From: Octopus vulgaris
Lineage: Eukaryota
Direction: 5' to 3'
NCBI GenBank assembly: GCA_951406725.2
Contig: OX597816.1
Span: 166,842,001 to 166,906,000 of the forward strand
Length of the DNA stretch: 64,000 bases
The notes below the pieces were generated by a model. That model had not been told where the DNA came from. It saw nothing but the letters and a program-made list of their open reading frames with translations, and did not search any database. Each line of letters opens with the position of its first letter. Position 1 is the stretch's first letter. Made by a program: the position numbers and the translations under genes. Below, piece after piece: positions 58,273 to 64,000 of the stretch.

Positions 58273-58466
58273 TAACAATAATAATAATAACAATAATAAT
58301 AATAATAAATAAATATAAGAAAGTTTGAAACACGAAAATTTATTGCCATGTTGAGATGTGCTTTTTTCTAGCCATGGATGTTTGTCGTGACTGAAAGAAT
58401 TTTTCGATTTGTATTGTGTAGAAGCACACAACAGTGACACAGGGTTTTGTGTAATATTAATAGCTG

Positions 58467-58519
<53 letters not shown>

Positions 58520-58781
58520 GTGGTGGTAAATATTGGCTAAAAGGTCTGAAGGTAGCGTATGTAAAGACAGGTAGGAAGGTATGAAAGTAGGCAGGTAGGT
58601 AGGTAGGTAGGTATGGAGGGTGGGGGAGCTAGGGAGGGAGGTAGGTTAAACTAATTCACAAAATAGCAGTGTGTGCTTGTGACATACAGCAAACATGTTT
58701 GGTATGTAAACTTTTACCTTTTGTCCACAGTTTATACTCATGATGTGTGTATGTGTGTGTGTATAGGTATACACAAACACA

Positions 58782-58819
<38 letters not shown>

Positions 58820-59170
58820 AGACAAGGGAAGAGAAGGGGAGGACAGACGGGAGACAGACAGACAGACAGACACTGGAATAAACTGATTTGTAATAGTTTG
58901 GAATTGTTTCATTAAATTAGTGAGTCCAACAAAAGACGTCATGTTTCGTTCTTCAGGTAGATCCGCTATTTAAAAAAAAAACACAGACACACGCACGCAC
59001 GCGCGCGTTTTAAAGAAACATTCAATTTTATAATTTGTTATATATTTGTTATAATTAAAATAAAATCAATTTTATTTTTAAATGACTTTCTTGGTATGAC
59101 ACTAATCCGAATCTCTAATGAAAAATAAAATTATTAAAATAAGAGGAAAGCAACATGGTGTAATAAAAAA

Positions 59171-59419
59171 GGCCGGGAGATCTTTCGGTTTTGGTCTACA
59201 GACTGTCGGTATGAGGAGACAACATCATTCACCCTCTTTTTCAGTCTAGCTTCTTTATCTGTCACGAGGGAAGGTCGTGTGGGTGAGTACCGAAGGATTG
59301 CCGAGACAAGACCAGACTTTGGGTCTAATAGAGTGTAACAACTCCATTATATCAACCGTAGCGTGCCTAGTTGGGACACGAGGCGGGCCGCCTTGAGCAG
59401 CACTTTCAGTGAGGCGGCC
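59171..59419 (-). ncRNA. Candidate structured ~250-nt Pol III-type RNA of unknown family (alternative: solo LTR or TE fragment)
   Basis: On - strand: GGCCG...CGGCC followed by TTTTTT, no internal T4 run, TTAAATA at -30, and several nested complementary segments. Confidence 0.35.
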
Positions 59420-59879
59420 TTTTAGGGTCTACTGTGTGATCCTATTTAAGGAGCAACGCAGGGGCGGAAAAATCAAAGGCTACCCCGGGTGGCGCGTCAT
59501 AGCTATGCCACAGTATATCAAGGATACTTTAATGTATCGACCCCGAAAGAACCAAATTGACATCATCAGGAATTGAACTCTGTGCGTTCAGCACCGAAAT
59601 ATATACTGCAAGACATTTTGACCGACCCTTTAATGATTTTACAACACCCCTTCTCTTATTCTGTTTTTCGGGTGGGGGGGGGGGGAGCACAAGACCCGAA
59701 ATTAGTGGCGGAGTTGGAGACTATTGATTATATCGATTCCTGAGATTGATTGATATAATAATTTGTATCGTCCTCAGAAAGATGAAAAGCAAAGCCGACT
59801 TCAGCAGGATTTGAACTCGGAACGTCAAGAATCTGATAAAAAAAAGCACAAGATATTTTATCCAATAATAATAATAATC

Positions 59880-60278
59880 CTTTCTACTATAGGCACGGGG
59901 CCTGAAATTGTGGGGGAGGAGACTAGTCAATTACATTGATCCCCAGTGTTTCACTGGTACTTAATTTATCGACCCCGAAAGGATAAAAGGTAAAGTCGAC
60001 CTCGGCGGAATTTGAACTCAGAACGTGGCAGCAGACGAAATACCTATTTCTTTACTACCCACAAGGAGCTAAACATAGAGGGGACAAACAAGGACAGACA
60101 AACGTATTAAGTCGATTACATCGACCCCCAGTGCGTAACTGGTACTTAATTTATCGATCTCGAAAGGATGAAAGGTAAAGTCGACCTCGGCGGAATTTGA
60201 ACTCAGAACCTGGCAGCAGACGAAATACCGCTGAGCATTTCGTCCAGCTTGTTAACGATTCTGCCAGCTCGCCGCCCT
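59880..60278 (-). mobile_element. SINE family B dimer
   Basis: Reverse-complement cores. Confidence 0.85.
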
Positions 60279-60421
60279 TAATAATGATTATAATAATTAT
60301 AACAAGGGCTGAACACAAAACAGATAGGGACAGTACAATACAAGGGACAAGTGGAATGTTGAACAACGACGAGTATACAAAGAATAACAATAATAACAAT
60401 AATAATAACAATAACAACAAC

Positions 60422-60477
<56 letters not shown>

Positions 60478-60478
<1 letters not shown>

Positions 60479-60717
60479 CCCTTATTCAGGGACCTTTTGA
60501 GCGGGATGGGCTACTCAACCTGAAGAAAATTCTAACTGGGCCCCACCTGCAAGGTCATACGCTGTTTATCTTGATATGAGATCACCATGTCGCGCACATA
60601 TGGTTGTGATGCATGTGCCTGGTGTACCCTTATCAGACGGGTAGTCATGATGGGTATATTGGGCTTCGTACATTTTAGCCCAGTGTCACTTTGATGGCAT
60701 GAACTGCTCTCTCACTC

Positions 60718-60750
<33 letters not shown>

Positions 60751-60824
60751 CATATGATTGGTATACTGGGCTTCGTATATTTTACCCTAGTGTCATTTTG
60801 AAGGCATGCACTGCTCTCTCGCTC

Positions 60825-60826
<2 letters not shown>
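60478..60826 (+). repeat. Two 5'-truncated family D copies within (TAA)n
   Basis: Same 3' end (ctctcactcaa-like) plus (TAA)n, different 5' truncation points; a further copy is inverted at 26128-26232. Confidence 0.85.
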
Positions 60827-60879
<53 letters not shown>

Positions 60880-60899
60880 TTAGTAATAATAATACTTAC

Positions 60900-60957
60900 T
60901 CGACGTAAAAAGTGCAATAAGGAGAGTTGCACAGAAACTCAAATTTCGGTAATCCAT
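60900..60957 (-). CDS. Exon 1: signal-peptide exon of the beta-lactamase-like gene
   Basis: Reverse complement reads ATG GAT TAC CGA AAT TTG AGT TTC TGT GCA ACT CTC CTT ATT GCA CTT TTT ACG TCG A|GTAAGT = MDYRNLSFCATLLIALFTS + 1 nt. Perfect donor; phase 1 matches the acceptor (A+GT = Ser, then VCVDHQ). Confidence 0.78.
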
Positions 60958-61409
60958 TCTTACAGAGTACAAAAACCCAGGTTAAGATAAAAAGGCAGAG
61001 AGCGGAAAGCCCTTTAGTTAAATTGTTGTCAAGTTAGACAAACAGAGCAATGTCTTTTCGTATATAAATATATGTATATACGATAACTGTTTTGTTTTTA
61101 GTTAGAAATGTAGTACAGAAAGGAAACTATGAGCTTTCAGCTCCTTAACATTATTTCAACGAATGACTAGCTTACGTAGTGCCTGTAGTTTTGTGATTGT
61201 TGTAGCTTTATTGTTGTTGTAGCTTGTATGGTAATGAGATGTAGTGTGGGGGGTGCGGAATATAGACACGCTGGTTGGTTTGTTGTGATGCCGTCTTGCC
61301 TACCCTGTTCATGCTAGCACCCCTGCTTGCTTTTTACCTCGCTACTGGAGCAGTTAAATGAACACACGTACTCTCACTCTGTCTGTCTCTCTGTTTCTAT
61401 CTATCTCTA

Positions 61410-61446
<37 letters not shown>

Positions 61447-61629
61447 TACGTATACACGTTAATGTCGTTAGTTATTTAATACTGTTGCAGCCGTTTTAGT
61501 TGTTACCTTAGAGATAATCTGCGATGGTTTAACGAGAGGTGTTGCTTTTGTCACGCACATGTATAAGTATTTTGTGTGAATGAGTATTCGAGCCGCGCGT
61601 ACTTACACACAAATAAATATAGAGAGATG

Positions 61630-61704
<75 letters not shown>

Positions 61705-61726
61705 GGGTGGATAGATAGGTAGATAT

Positions 61727-61797
<71 letters not shown>

Positions 61798-61919
61798 TGT
61801 TTCTTTATTAGCCACACAGGGCTGCACACAGACAGGACAAAATTACAAGGTAGAGCTTTTCTTTTGTGGGTAAAAAAAGGGATTTTGGTTTTCGATCAAA
61901 AGGGATCGTAAAAGGAAAG

Positions 61920-61968
<49 letters not shown>

Positions 61969-62269
61969 CATAGATAGATAGATGCATACATGCGTACATA
62001 TACGTGATATACAAATATATATACGTATGAATATTACACATACGTGCATACGCATCACACTTCGCTCGAAGCCATTGTAAAAGTTTAATAAATATGTTGA
62101 CTACTAAAAAATATTGAGTAATACTTCAATTTAACATCAAATTGTTTCCGTTATAACGAGAAAAGTTTTGATATACGAGTGTGTGTGTGTGTGCGTGTGT
62201 GAGTGTGTTTGTGTGTGTGTGTGTGCGTGTGTGAGTGTGTTTGTGTGTGTGTGTGTGTCTGTGTGTGTA

Positions 62270-62326
<57 letters not shown>

Positions 62327-62432
62327 ATACATATATATATACATATATATATATGATCCTATATGGATGGATGGATGGATGGATGGACGGACGGACGGAC
62401 GGACGGACGGACGGACGGATGGACAGATGGAC

Positions 62433-62466
<34 letters not shown>

Positions 62467-62725
62467 ATGGATTGATGTAGGTAGGTATGTACACACTCAT
62501 ATACATTTTGTGGATCTTTTAGTCATTGAACTGCGGTACTTATTATATCGGTCTTTTTGCCGAACCACTAAGTTGCAGGGACGTAAACAACCCATCACCG
62601 CTTTTCGAGTAGGGGAGGGTCACAGAGGTGGTAGATAAGAACCTACATGCAGGACCGCCTTAGCAGCATTATTGACCTCCGAGCAATTCAATGTCTCTTC
62701 TATTTATCATGACATATTCATAAGT

Positions 62726-62808
62726 AGCACGATGGCCGAGTGGTTAAGGCGTTGGACTTAAGTTCCAATGGACGAATGTCCGCGTGGGTTCGAACCCCAC
62801 TCGTGCTA
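62726..62808 (+). tRNA. tRNA-Leu (anticodon TAA)
   Basis: Acceptor stem AGCACGA/TCGTGCT, D-arm TGGCCGAGTGGTTAAGGC, anticodon arm TTGGA-CTTAAGT-TCCAA, long variable arm GGAC-GAAT-GTCC, T-arm GTGGG-TTCGAAC-CCCAC, downstream T-run terminator. Confidence 0.96.
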
Positions 62809-62908
62809 AAAGGTTCTTTTTTTTTTCTACTGTATTTTTAAATTAAATACCGCAAGGATCTTATTGAACTAGCTCTCTATAATTTCAACTTAAATGGGCA
62901 CATATTTG

Positions 62909-63293
62909 GTGGAAGCACTCCGTCGGTTACGACGACGAGGGTTCCGGTTGATCCGATCAACGGAACAACCTGCTCGTGAAATTAACGTGTAAGTGGCTGA
63001 GCACTCCACAGACACGTGTACCCTTAACGTAGTTCTCGGGGATATTCAGCGAGACACAGAGAGTGACAAGGCCGGCCCCTTGAAATACAGGTACAACAGA
63101 AACAGGAAGTAAGAGTGAGAGAAAGTTGTGGTGAAAGAGTACAGCAGGGATCACCACCATCCCCTGCCGGAGCCTCGTGGAGCTCTAGGTGTTTTCGCTC
63201 AATAAACACTCACAACGCCCGGTCTGGGAATCGAAACCGCGATCCTACGACCGCGAGTCCGCTGCCCTAACCACTGGGCCATTGCGCCTCCAC
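62909..63293 (-). mobile_element. SINE family C (full length)
   Basis: Near-identical to 13970-14362. Confidence 0.88.
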
Positions 63294-63520
63294 AAAGGCA
63301 CATATTTATAGAGGCAACGAACCAACGGGAAAATCCTGTACGTGGTTGCTCACGTTCCTAGAAATAACAGCTAAATATCAAATTCTGGAGCACTGGCTTG
63401 AAGTGCTTAGTTGGACAAATCAACTTCAATACTTTTTTTAAATCTGGTACTTATCCCATCGATCTTTTGTGTTGAACCGCTAAGACCCATTAATTTATTG
63501 ACAGCCTACAGCATCATACG

Positions 63521-63701
63521 TAGATTAGTGTTGGGCTCCTAGATCAGAGTTGGGCCCCTAGATCAGTGTTGGGCCTCTAGATCAGAGGTGGGCCCCTAGA
63601 TCAGTGTTGGGCCCCTAGATCAGAGGTGGGCCCCTAGATCAGTGTTAGACCCCTAGATCAGTGTTGGGCTCCTAGATCAGAGTTGGGCCCCTAGATCAGT
63701 G
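63521..63701. repeat. 19-bp minisatellite, ~9.5 copies (TAGATCAGTGTTGGGCCCC)
   Basis: Units start at 63521, 63540, 63559 ... 63692; GTG and GAG variants largely alternate. Confidence 0.95.
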
Positions 63702-64000
63702 AGACTACCGGCCAAATCAGTGCACTGGATTCTATAGTATTTACTAATTGACAGGAAACCGCAACATACATAGATCAAAAATGAGCCCTTATACCAATGA
63801 AGCCCCCGGACACATCAATAATCCGGGCCCTGTAGTATTTATTTACTGACAGCAAACCACAGCATCCCTCGTTGGCTCATCCATATACACATACTTAACA
63901 CAGGCGGGTGCTATTTGAGGGTGGTGTGGTCGTTACTTCTAAATGAATAGTTAAGTCCCTGCTTTATCTCAAGTATAGCATCGAAAGTGCAAGTCATTGA

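Noticed and set aside
59171-59419. Identification as 7SL, 7SK, RNase P/MRP or telomerase RNA
   Set aside because: Diagnostic motifs were not found: SRP helix 8, 7SK paired GATC 5' stem, correctly placed CR-I/CR-V pairing, or a CTAACCCTAA template.
63521-63701. CRISPR-like array
   Set aside because: Units are contiguous with no unique spacers and no cas genes; eukaryotic context.

Overview
Eukaryotic, AT-rich, microsatellite- and SINE-saturated DNA. The repeat landscape suggests an octopod cephalopod (inference, not checked). Almost all ORF-track entries are microsatellite artefacts. One real host gene lies on the - strand. A 58-nt signal-peptide exon (60957-60900, MDYRNLSFCATLLIALFTS, GTAAGT donor) joins across a ~29.3-kb phase-1 intron to a ~2-kb exon (31577-29554). 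That exon encodes a serine beta-lactamase/PBP-like domain (SIAK, YSN) plus five ~50-aa repeats resembling BTRD1/polyglycine-hydrolase repeats. Also present: tRNA-Leu(TAA), a 5'-truncated but open CR1/L2-type RT whose 3' end is shared by the commonest SINE, R4/Dong-like and RTE fragments, Tc1/mariner fragments, Helitrons, nested MITEs and Penelope-type hammerhead remnants. Inside the intron sits an unexplained ~250-nt highly self-complementary segment with Pol III-like flanks (59419-59171). Repeat boundaries are read by eye and are approximate.
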